This document shows, piece by piece, positions 10,308-21,314 of a DNA stretch of 64,000 nt. A program made the position numbers and the translations under genes. The first letter of the stretch is position 1, and each line of letters begins with the position of its first letter. The DNA lies in NCBI GenBank assembly GCA_019058315.1, contig JAHPZH010000002.1, forward strand, positions 704,001-768,000, given 5' to 3'. Below the pieces are notes generated by a model. That model made no database searches, was not told the origin of the DNA, and was given only the letters and a program-made list of their open reading frames with translations. The stretch is from Candidatus Helarchaeota archaeon. Its GTDB lineage: Archaea; Asgardarchaeota; Lokiarchaeia; Helarchaeales; RDOG01.

Positions 10308-10326
10308 CTCAAAAATAATCATTATC
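10308..10326. promoter_or_regulatory. Second Fur-box-like operator
   Basis: CTCAAAAATAATCATTATC, 14/19 match; 10314-10326 is the exact reverse complement of 10242-10254. Confidence 0.5.
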
Positions 10327-10355
10327 TACTTTTAAATATTTTAAAATAAAAATAG

Positions 10356-12551
<2,196 letters not shown>

Positions 12552-12562
12552 TCTCGCATAAA

Positions 12563-12583
12563 TCCCTTTTTTTTTTCTTTTTT
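12563..12583 (+). terminator. Poly-T tract after katG (archaeal-type terminator)
   Basis: Long T runs immediately downstream of the katG stop. Confidence 0.45.
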
Positions 12584-12585
12584 GA

Positions 12586-14091
12586 TTATTCTATCATAAT
12601 TTTGTTTAATAAAGCTACTAAAAATTTCCACACTTTATAAATACTACTGACCTTTAAACGCTCGTCTGGTGAATGAGCACCTTCACCACTCGGTCCTATA
12701 GCTATCATTTCGATATTAGGAAAATGGTTTTGAAAATATCCACACTCAAGTATACCGTGAATTATTCTAGTTTTAGCTTCTTTATGATATAATTCATTAA
12801 ATACTTCTTTAGATATTTTTAATAACTTAGAATTAAAGTTGGGTATCCAACTGGGAGAGCTACCTAATTTATTGATCTTAAATCCCGCTAAATTCATTAA
12901 TGATTTCATTCGTTCATATAACATTTGATTATCATATTCATTTAAACTTCTCTGAAATGCTGCAAATGTAAGACCTCTTTTTTTTGTTTGAATATATCCA
13001 ATATTTATCGAGGTATTAACGTCTTTAGTTTTAGGATGGAAGGAAATAGGTCCATTAGGTAATAAATATAGTATATCCAAAACTTTTTTTTGTATATCTA
13101 ATGGAATATGGATATAATCTGTATGGTCTTTGACTTCTTTCAAGATAATTTTCATACTTGTTTCAATACCTTCATATAATACTTTAATATTAGATGATAA
13201 ATCTTTAACAAATTCTTGAATTTTTGGCTGTTCACTGATTTTTGTAAAGAAAATTGAATATGATTCTCTTGGTATTGCATTAAATGATGATCCCCCTCCA
13301 TGTATTTCATTAATATAGATTTGGAATTTTTTGTCAATCTTCCATAATATTTCAGATAATAACTTTATTGAATTAGCTCTTCCATTATGAATATCCATCC
13401 CAGAATGTCCTCCAATTAACCCTTCAATTTCTAGCTTTAGTGCAATATAATTTTTTTCATTTTCTGGTAATGGTATTCTTTTTAATTTCATAAAGCCTTC
13501 GAGTAAAGTGCCCCCTGCACATCCGATCGTGAATTTATCGATTCCTTCCGAGTCAAGATTAATTAAATATTTTCCTTTGATTAGATTCTTATCTAACCCT
13601 AATGCGCCAAACATTCCCGCTTCTTCACTTACAGTAAAAAGTAATTCAAATTCTAATGGACCAAAATCCAATTCTTTATTGTGAATCTTTTTCATTAACG
13701 TTAATTGATATGCCATACCAACAGCATTATCTGCTCCTAATGTGGTCCCTTCTGCGGTAAGCCATTTTTCATTTTCAATTTCAATTACTTTTAGTTTTAA
13801 TGGATCCTTTGAGAAATCATGAACTACATTATCATTTTTTTCACACACCATATCCATATGACTTTGAATAGCAACGACGTTGGTTTTTTTTGAGTTTCGC
13901 TCTTTAGAAGGTATTTTCACTAAAAGATTCCCAGCTTTATCTACAATCGTTTCAAAACCAAACTTTTCGGCTTCTTTTTTTATAAATTCTCTTACTTGAT
14001 CTTCGCTTCCAGAAGGGTGAGGGATTTGTGATATTTGGTAAAAATAATCCCAAAATTCCGATGGTTCTCCCAATTCGTCTAATTTTATCAT
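12586..14091 (-). CDS. pepD: Aminoacyl-histidine dipeptidase (peptidase M20C)
   Basis: QIPHPSG, QSHMDMV, LGADN, SEEAG, NLDSE, GGHSG, HSPDE motifs; ATG at 14091 preferred over the upstream TTG at 14139. Confidence 0.9.
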   Translation of the reverse strand: MIKLDELGEPSEFWDYFYQISQIPHPSGSEDQVREFIKKEAEKFGFETIVDKAGNLLVKIPSKERNSKKTNVVAIQSHMDMVCEKNDNVVHDFSKDPLKLKVIEIENEKWLTAEGTTLGADNAVGMAYQLTLMKKIHNKELDFGPLEFELLFTVSEEAGMFGALGLDKNLIKGKYLINLDSEGIDKFTIGCAGGTLLEGFMKLKRIPLPENEKNYIALKLEIEGLIGGHSGMDIHNGRANSIKLLSEILWKIDKKFQIYINEIHGGGSSFNAIPRESYSIFFTKISEQPKIQEFVKDLSSNIKVLYEGIETSMKIILKEVKDHTDYIHIPLDIQKKVLDILYLLPNGPISFHPKTKDVNTSINIGYIQTKKRGLTFAAFQRSLNEYDNQMLYERMKSLMNLAGFKINKLGSSPSWIPNFNSKLLKISKEVFNELYHKEAKTRIIHGILECGYFQNHFPNIEMIAIGPSGEGAHSPDERLKVSSIYKVWKFLVALLNKIMIE

Positions 14092-14388
14092 ATTTGAATA
14101 ATTATTAATAATAAATAAAAGAGTTCTTAATTTCATCAAAAAGGGAGAATTATAGAAAAATGATTAGATGAGAAATAAAATAACATAATTTTATAGAAAA
14201 TATTAGAAATTGAGCTATGAGAATAATATATCTCGTTCAACATATGAAATTTAAAAATTTAAATTGGTCATAATGGTTTTTTAGAGAAAATTTATTAATT
14301 ATAATATTCAATGTTATTTGAAATTTTAAGATTTTAAATTCTAAAATTATTTTTAGTTAATTAAGCATATTTTTAAAGAGGTAAAAAA

Positions 14389-15438
14389 TTGCTTGATGTT
14401 TGGAAGTTATTTGGGTTAGGATTTACTTTTATATTATCCAATTATTTAATTATTGTATTTTTTTATTTCATAAAAAAGATATATGGAAGTAAAAAATCAA
14501 TAAAAGAAATTTTACCTTTTTTAGGAATAGCCTTTTTGTTCTTATTTGGTGGTATATCTTATATTTTTGCTAATTTTTTTGATTATTTTCAATGGCAATA
14601 TGATCTAAAAATATTATTCTACTTTAGACTTCATTCTATTCTCTATTTCTCAAGTATCGCTTCTTGTATCTTTGTGTATGAATATGTTATTAAAAAGACA
14701 AAATATCTTCTAACAACTTATATTGTTATTGGTTTAATAGCAAATTTCATTGTTTACAGATATGAAGATTTAAATTTCTTATTAAACTTTTTTTTAGGCT
14801 CTGCTGTACCAATTCTATTGATTCTTCAATATGTGGTATTCGTTAGACCAACATCTGGAATGTTAAAACGCCGAATGAATTTTAGTCTAGTTGGTTTAAT
14901 CTGTGCTGGAGTTGGCAGTGCATTAAGGAATTTTTTTATAAATGAATTGTTGGGCTATTATATATTTTCAATAGGCACATCGATAGTAATTATCGGATTG
15001 TTATTAATGGCTTATGGATTTTCGGCATTTTCTACCCTAACTGATTTAAATTGGAAAGATAAATTACATCAACTTTATGTGGTTACGGAAGATGGAATTT
15101 GTCTTTATGCATATTCCTTTGAAAATAATCTTCCTATAGCTAATTCAAACCTACTTGCAGCAGGTTTTTCAGGTATACAAAAATTATTATCTGAAATATT
15201 AAAAACAAAAGAAGCTCTGAGGATAATTGAATATAAGCATCTAAATATTCTTGTTGATTTTAGACCAAATATTGTAGTTTTATTAGTTATTACTGAACAT
15301 AGTGCATTTCTATTTTATAAATTGAAAGAATTCGCTGAAAAATTTTCCAATTTTTTTAAGGATTTATTGATAAATTGGCAAGGGAATACAGAAATATTTA
15401 CACCTACCAAATCTCTTATTCAGAGCACATTTGAATGA
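14389..15438 (+). CDS. 7TM membrane protein with C-terminal longin domain (copy 1)
   Basis: Seven hydrophobic segments, then LYVVTEDGICLYAYSF...LLAAGFSGIQKLLSEI...F...F...WQGNTEIF longin pattern. Confidence 0.8.
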   Translation: MLDVWKLFGLGFTFILSNYLIIVFFYFIKKIYGSKKSIKEILPFLGIAFLFLFGGISYIFANFFDYFQWQYDLKILFYFRLHSILYFSSIASCIFVYEYVIKKTKYLLTTYIVIGLIANFIVYRYEDLNFLLNFFLGSAVPILLILQYVVFVRPTSGMLKRRMNFSLVGLICAGVGSALRNFFINELLGYYIFSIGTSIVIIGLLLMAYGFSAFSTLTDLNWKDKLHQLYVVTEDGICLYAYSFENNLPIANSNLLAAGFSGIQKLLSEILKTKEALRIIEYKHLNILVDFRPNIVVLLVITEHSAFLFYKLKEFAEKFSNFFKDLLINWQGNTEIFTPTKSLIQSTFE

Positions 15439-15490
15439 AATTTATGATTATACATCAAATCTTATTGAATTACATTAAAAATGAATCAAA

Positions 15491-16558
15491 ATGATATATC
15501 AATTAGATTTTTGGAAAATGATGAGTTTAGGAATAACTTTTATCCTAATTAGCAATACAATATTCTTATCTCATTATTTTATAAATAAAATATACCAAAC
15601 TAAGAAATTTAAATCTGAAATATTGCCTTTTTACGGAATAACTTTTTTATTTTTGTTTGGAAGTGTCTCATATATTTTCGCAATTATATTTGATTTTTTT
15701 CATTGGTATTATGATCACTCAATATTAATTTATTTCAGATTACACCTCATATTTTATGTTCTAAGTGTAGCCTCATGTATTTTCGTATATGAGAACGTTA
15801 CTAAGAAAACAAAATATCTTCTAACAATTTATATGATTGGTGGATTGGTAATAAATTTCTTTATATTTTCATATAAAGGTTTAAATTTATTTTCTAATTT
15901 CACATTTGGATTAGGTTTGCTAATTTTATTGATTCTTCAATATGTTGTATTCGTTAGACCAACTTCTGGGATGTTAAAACGTCGGATGTATAGTGCTTTA
16001 ATTGGTTTAATTATTATTGGATTTGGAAGTTTTTTAAGAAATCCTACTATAAATGAAGCGTTTGGCTATTACCTTTTTTCAATGGGCACTTTACTAGTAA
16101 ATTTTGGAGTATTATTAATGGGATTCGGATTTTCCGCTTTTTCAACATTTACTGATCTTAATTGGAAGGAAAAATTACATGAGATTTTTATATTAACAAA
16201 AGATGGACTTCTTTGCTATGCATACTCATTTGATGTTGATCAGAAAATGAATGGCTCTGAACTACTTGCAGCTGGTTTTTCAAGTATACAAATTTTCCTT
16301 TCTGAAATATTAAAGACAAAAGATGATTTGCAAATTATAGAATATAAAAATTTAAATGTTATTCTTGAATTAAAAGGGAATATTGTTTTTGTTTTAGTCA
16401 TAAAAGAAAAAAGCTCATTTCTAAAACACAAATTAGGAGAATTTTCTCAAAAATTTTGCGAAATATTTACAGATTCATTGAAGAATTGGAATGGAGATAT
16501 GGAAATATTTTATCCTACCAAAAATTTAATTCAAAATATATTTGAATTAAATAAATAA
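15491..16558 (+). CDS. 7TM membrane protein with C-terminal longin domain (copy 2)
   Basis: Clear paralog of its neighbours with the same architecture. Confidence 0.8.
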   Translation: MIYQLDFWKMMSLGITFILISNTIFLSHYFINKIYQTKKFKSEILPFYGITFLFLFGSVSYIFAIIFDFFHWYYDHSILIYFRLHLIFYVLSVASCIFVYENVTKKTKYLLTIYMIGGLVINFFIFSYKGLNLFSNFTFGLGLLILLILQYVVFVRPTSGMLKRRMYSALIGLIIIGFGSFLRNPTINEAFGYYLFSMGTLLVNFGVLLMGFGFSAFSTFTDLNWKEKLHEIFILTKDGLLCYAYSFDVDQKMNGSELLAAGFSSIQIFLSEILKTKDDLQIIEYKNLNVILELKGNIVFVLVIKEKSSFLKHKLGEFSQKFCEIFTDSLKNWNGDMEIFYPTKNLIQNIFELNK

Positions 16559-16667
16559 TTTCATAGATTAAACTAAAAGCTACCAAATCTCTTATTCAGA
16601 GCATATTTGAATGAAATTTATGATTATAAATCAAAATCCTATTGAATTACATTAAAAATGAATCAAA

Positions 16668-17735
16668 ATGATATATCAATTAGATTTTTGGAAAATGATG
16701 GGTTTAGGAATAACCTTTATCCTAATTAGTAATGCTATATTTTTATTTTATTATTTCATAAGTAAAATATACCATAGTAAAGAATATAAATCTGAGATTT
16801 TGCCCTTTTACGGAATAACTCTTTTATTTTTGTTTGGTGGTCTCTCATATATTTCTGCAATTATATTTGATTTTTTTCATTGGTATTATAATTTAACAAT
16901 ATTAATCTATTACAGATTAAACTTTATATTTTATGTTCTGTGTGTAGCTTCATGTATTTTTGTATATGAAAACGTTATTAAGAAGACAAAATATCTTTTA
17001 ACAATATACATGATTGGTGTGTTGATAATTAATTTCTTCATAGGAACATTTGAAGCTTTAGTCTTATTCGCTAATTTCACTTTTGGGTTTGCTTTAATAA
17101 TTTTATTAATTCTTCAATATGTTGTATTCGTTAGACCAACTTCTGGGATGTTAAAACGTCGGATGTATAGTAGTTTAGTTGGTTTAATCATTATTGGCCT
17201 TGGAAATTTTTTTAGAAATCCTTCCATAAATGAAACGATTGGTTATTATATTTTTTCATTAGGCACTTTACTAATAAATATTGGAATATTATTAATGGGA
17301 TTCGGATTTTCTGCTTTTTCAACATTTACTGATCTTAATTGGAAGGAAAAACTTCATCAGATTTTTATACTAACAAAAGATGGACTTCTTCTCTACGCTT
17401 ATTCATTTGATGTTAATCAAACAATTGATGACTCTGAATTACGTGCAGCTGGTATTTCAAGTGTCCGAATTTTCCTTTCTGAAATATTAAAAACAGAGGA
17501 TGATTTACAAATTATAGAATATAAAAATTTGAATGTTATTCTTGAATTAAGAGATATTGTTGTCTTTGCTTTAGTCATAAAAGAAAAAAGCTCATTTCTA
17601 AAACACAAATTAGGAGAATTTTCCCAAAAATTTTGCGAAATATTTAGAGATTCATTGAAAAATTGGAATGGAGATATGGAAATATTTTATCCTGCAAAAA
17701 ATTTAATTCAAGATATATTTGAATTAGATAAATGA
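16668..17735 (+). CDS. 7TM membrane protein with C-terminal longin domain (copy 3)
   Basis: Same length (355 aa) as copy 2 and highly similar to it at DNA level. Confidence 0.8.
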   Translation: MIYQLDFWKMMGLGITFILISNAIFLFYYFISKIYHSKEYKSEILPFYGITLLFLFGGLSYISAIIFDFFHWYYNLTILIYYRLNFIFYVLCVASCIFVYENVIKKTKYLLTIYMIGVLIINFFIGTFEALVLFANFTFGFALIILLILQYVVFVRPTSGMLKRRMYSSLVGLIIIGLGNFFRNPSINETIGYYIFSLGTLLINIGILLMGFGFSAFSTFTDLNWKEKLHQIFILTKDGLLLYAYSFDVNQTIDDSELRAAGISSVRIFLSEILKTEDDLQIIEYKNLNVILELRDIVVFALVIKEKSSFLKHKLGEFSQKFCEIFRDSLKNWNGDMEIFYPAKNLIQDIFELDK

Positions 17736-17746
17736 TTAAATACTTA

Positions 17747-18160
17747 TTAGACTAATAGGTAAAATATCGAGTTCTTTATTATTTTAATATAATATTTAGA
17801 AACTGGGTCCTCGCTTTTAAAAATGAGATCATCATGGAATTTGATTAATTTATAAAAAGTTCCTTCCATAATTATTTCTATTGCTTCATTATTAAGGTTC
17901 CAAATTGCAAATCTGGCAACGCTATATGAAGGTTCAGTATCTCCTTTATATGTTGAATAAAAATAAACATAGGGTTTGATATTCGCCACACCATCAGTAT
18001 AGGTGAAAACTAATTGAGCCTCTTTTTTAAAATAGAAATAAGCTAGAATAACTCCCTTTCCAACTTCATAATCCACGGAAGGAATACCCTCATATTTTTC
18101 TATTAAAACATTTGTTTTTGAATTATATATATCCCAAGAAGCCCATTTTTTCTCAACCAT
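17747..18160 (-). CDS. Hypothetical protein (beta-rich)
   Basis: 137-aa ORF with ATG start and native codon usage; no motif recognised. Confidence 0.55.
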   Translation of the reverse strand: MVEKKWASWDIYNSKTNVLIEKYEGIPSVDYEVGKGVILAYFYFKKEAQLVFTYTDGVANIKPYVYFYSTYKGDTEPSYSVARFAIWNLNNEAIEIIMEGTFYKLIKFHDDLIFKSEDPVSKYYIKIIKNSIFYLLV

Positions 18161-18317
18161 TTCTCAAATGCCTCAGAAGATTATTTTTTCGATTGCGATA
18201 CAATTTAATAATTTAAAGAAATTATATTTTTATTTATTCATCCCACCCTGTTTTCTAAATTCTTTAGCTATGGTAATTTAATTCCATTTTCATTATTTCT
18301 AACCTTATTTTCAAATA

Positions 18318-20306
18318 TTATTCGATTTTAAAAAGACTCTCTTCATCTTCCACATATATGATTTCTCTACATAATTCTTTAGTTTTAAGAAGAAAATCAT
18401 CCAAATAATTATTTAAATCTAAATTTTCTTGTTTTTCTATTAATAAATTGAGAATTTTGAAAGGATCATTTTTATAATAAAATCTAAATGTGACTGAATC
18501 TTTTAAATTCTTCGAACCAATAAGCAACTGGATATACCAACTATTGTCAAAATTTAAACCCGCTTCTAAATTAGCATTTTCACCAAAATATCTCCCAAAT
18601 GCAGGTGGGTTAACCTCTATTTCTGATTTAACAAAATCATTAAATGTTCTATTCCAATTTTTTGCTTCTTGCCATTTTGCTTTGTCAAGTTTTTCAGAAA
18701 ACAAATTAATGGTTTCAATTTCCTCTTTTGTATAATCTTTATTAGCTGGTTTATTGTTAATTCTTTCAATTTTTTTAAAATTAATTTTTGGTGTGATTAA
18801 CTTAATAAAATCTTCATCATCATGATATTCATTGAAATCCTCTTCATTTGCAGCTTTTTTAAGGTAGCTGTGATTTATTTTTATAGCTTTTTTAAGAAAT
18901 TTAAAGGAATTTGATTTATCTCGTAATAGAGAATATACCGCAGCTATCCAGAACAATAATTCAGCATTATTTGGCTTTTTTTCTAAGAATTTTAGGTAAA
19001 TTTCCAATGCTTTATTGAGATATGGTACTGCTTCTTTTCTTTCATTTTGCAATATTTTCATATGCCCAGCGCAATGGTAATATTCAGGAATTTCACTATT
19101 AGAAGAAATAAGTTCTTTAAAAATATCAAAAGCTTTTTTAAATTCTTTATTTTCCTTAAATAATATCGCTTCATTAAATTTCTCTTGGGGATCAAAATAT
19201 TGAACCCCTAAGAAATCAGCCAGACCTCTTCTATAACTTAAGTATTTACTACCATTTGAGTTTTTTAATAGTTTAAAGCTAAAGTTTATTCCTGCTCTTT
19301 TAAGATCACTATATATATTAGCATATTCCCAAACACCAGGACTTTCAACAAACCCTATTAATATCTCCTTCTGAAGAGTATTGAGTTCATCTTTTGATTT
19401 TATAGGATTCTTTTCATTATTTTCTTTAAATGCCATTTGTATTAGCGCATTGGCCATATCAAGACAATTATTACCATCAGATTCTTCTTTTAAAATATTA
19501 ACTAACGGTTTTATTATTATTTTTAACTGATCCTCTTTAATTCCTTTTAAATAATATAACATATTTTCATGTGTCATGCTTTGAGAAGAATGATATCTTT
19601 GAAGTTTTAAAAAGAGCTCTTTATTATCAAGAAGCGCTTTAAGATTGATAAGTATTGGTTCTTTCAAATTATTCTTATGTATTTTGATATATGTCAATAT
19701 AACTGCAAGTTTGACCAGTTTATAATCGCTTTTAAGTAATTCTTTTTCATAAAATTCAAAAATTTCTGAATTTTCTTCTAAAAGCTTACCCATACATAAA
19801 GTAAAAATACTTTTTAATGCTGGATCATTATCAGTTTTTCTAAATTCAATCATAAGTAAGTCCATTACTTCTTTTTTCTTATCTTTAAAGCAGGAAAGTA
19901 TATATGCAGCGTAATATTTTTCTTGATAAGTGCCAAAAGTGAGAAAATTGGTAAAAACCATAAATCCTTTTCCAAATTCTTCCTCAATGGCTTTTATGTA
20001 CTTATCATTTTTTGAATAACCATTTATAATATGATCAAGTAAATTAAGAATTTCCGAGGAAACGGGCAAATTATTTTCAAGAATTTCAATTAAAAAAGGT
20101 ATTGCATATGAAGTTGCTTCATAAACAGTTCCTTGATGATAAATATTTCCATATAATCCATATAATGCATTATTTCTATCCGCTTTATTTTCTGAGACTA
20201 GATCTTTTATTAATTCTGGCACATCAGTTGCTTCACCATAAGCATGACTTAGATTTTTCCAATCAATTTTATCTAGATTTTCAAAAATTCTATATCCCTC
20301 TGGCAA
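18318..20306 (-). CDS. HEAT-repeat / TPR multidomain protein
   Basis: N-terminal IDWKNLSHAYGEATDVP...HQGTVYEAT HEAT-type domain; internal TPRs with FWIAAVYS...EEDF cap; unknown C-terminal domain. Confidence 0.8.
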   Translation of the reverse strand: MPEGYRIFENLDKIDWKNLSHAYGEATDVPELIKDLVSENKADRNNALYGLYGNIYHQGTVYEATSYAIPFLIEILENNLPVSSEILNLLDHIINGYSKNDKYIKAIEEEFGKGFMVFTNFLTFGTYQEKYYAAYILSCFKDKKKEVMDLLMIEFRKTDNDPALKSIFTLCMGKLLEENSEIFEFYEKELLKSDYKLVKLAVILTYIKIHKNNLKEPILINLKALLDNKELFLKLQRYHSSQSMTHENMLYYLKGIKEDQLKIIIKPLVNILKEESDGNNCLDMANALIQMAFKENNEKNPIKSKDELNTLQKEILIGFVESPGVWEYANIYSDLKRAGINFSFKLLKNSNGSKYLSYRRGLADFLGVQYFDPQEKFNEAILFKENKEFKKAFDIFKELISSNSEIPEYYHCAGHMKILQNERKEAVPYLNKALEIYLKFLEKKPNNAELLFWIAAVYSLLRDKSNSFKFLKKAIKINHSYLKKAANEEDFNEYHDDEDFIKLITPKINFKKIERINNKPANKDYTKEEIETINLFSEKLDKAKWQEAKNWNRTFNDFVKSEIEVNPPAFGRYFGENANLEAGLNFDNSWYIQLLIGSKNLKDSVTFRFYYKNDPFKILNLLIEKQENLDLNNYLDDFLLKTKELCREIIYVEDEESLFKIE

Positions 20307-20345
20307 AATATTTTATTTTGTATAAACTTTTATGATTGAAATAAT

Positions 20346-21278
20346 TTAAATAGTTAAAGAATTTATCTTTTTAGTTATTCGCTCCACCTCTTTTTCTAAC
20401 TTATCCAACTTTAGTAATGTAATTCCTTCTTTATTCATTTCTGTTCTTAAAAATTCTAATCTCTTAATAAGCTTATTTATTTCTTGATCTTTACAATATT
20501 CAATTACCGCTTTTACTCCCTTTTTATAAATAGCTTTATCATTTTTCGTTAAATTTTTTGAGGTTATTTTTAATTTCTTTATATTAATAAGATATTTTAA
20601 ACCTTCTAATTCTTTTATCGGATTGAATTCAAGATCTAATATTCCTAATTGAGATAATCCTTTCAACCCCTCAATTCTTTTAATATCATTATGATTAAGA
20701 CTTAATTCTTTCAATTTAGATAGATGATCTATCCCCTCTATTTTCTTGATTTTATTAAAATAAAGATATAAAATTTCTAATCGAGTGAGTTTTTCCAATC
20801 CCTCAATTTTTTGAATATTATTATTGAAAAGATATAAACTCTTTAGCTGTTTGAGATTTTCTAATCCCTCGATTTTCGAGATTTTGTTATATCCAATATT
20901 TAATACTCTTAATTCGGATAATTTTTCTAATTCCTCTATTTTTTTAATCTGATTATCATAAATTCTTAATTCTTGTAATTGAGAAAGGTTTCCTAATCCC
21001 TCAATTTTTTTAATTTTATTAAAATTTAAAGTTAATTTCTTCAATTGATATAGGTTTTCTAATCCTTCAATTTTAGTGATTTGATTGCCAGACAGCTCCA
21101 ATAATAATAAATGAGAAAATTTCTCTAAACCTTTAATTTTTGTAATTCCTCTCCTACCCAAATCTAGAAAGATCAAATTACCATTTTTATTGATTTTAAA
21201 TTTAGTTTTTCCTAATCTATATAATGTCTTTAATTCATCAAGCGCTTCCATTTCTAATGATTTGCCAGTTGAGGACAT
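20346..21278 (-). CDS. Leucine-rich repeat protein with C-terminal coiled coil
   Basis: SDS22-like LRRs; YKKGVKAVIEY cap. Confidence 0.93.
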   Translation of the reverse strand: MSSTGKSLEMEALDELKTLYRLGKTKFKINKNGNLIFLDLGRRGITKIKGLEKFSHLLLLELSGNQITKIEGLENLYQLKKLTLNFNKIKKIEGLGNLSQLQELRIYDNQIKKIEELEKLSELRVLNIGYNKISKIEGLENLKQLKSLYLFNNNIQKIEGLEKLTRLEILYLYFNKIKKIEGIDHLSKLKELSLNHNDIKRIEGLKGLSQLGILDLEFNPIKELEGLKYLINIKKLKITSKNLTKNDKAIYKKGVKAVIEYCKDQEINKLIKRLEFLRTEMNKEGITLLKLDKLEKEVERITKKINSLTI

Positions 21279-21314
21279 TTATACTCCCTTTTATACGTTC
21301 CCGACTCATCCAAA

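Larger units (their letters stand above)
15404..17735 (+). repeat. Tandem duplication, unit about 1176 bp (15404-16579 and 16580-17735)
   Basis: CTACCAAATCTCTTATTCAGAGCA...ATGAATCAAAATGATATATCAATTAG occurs at both 15404 and 16580. Confidence 0.9.
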
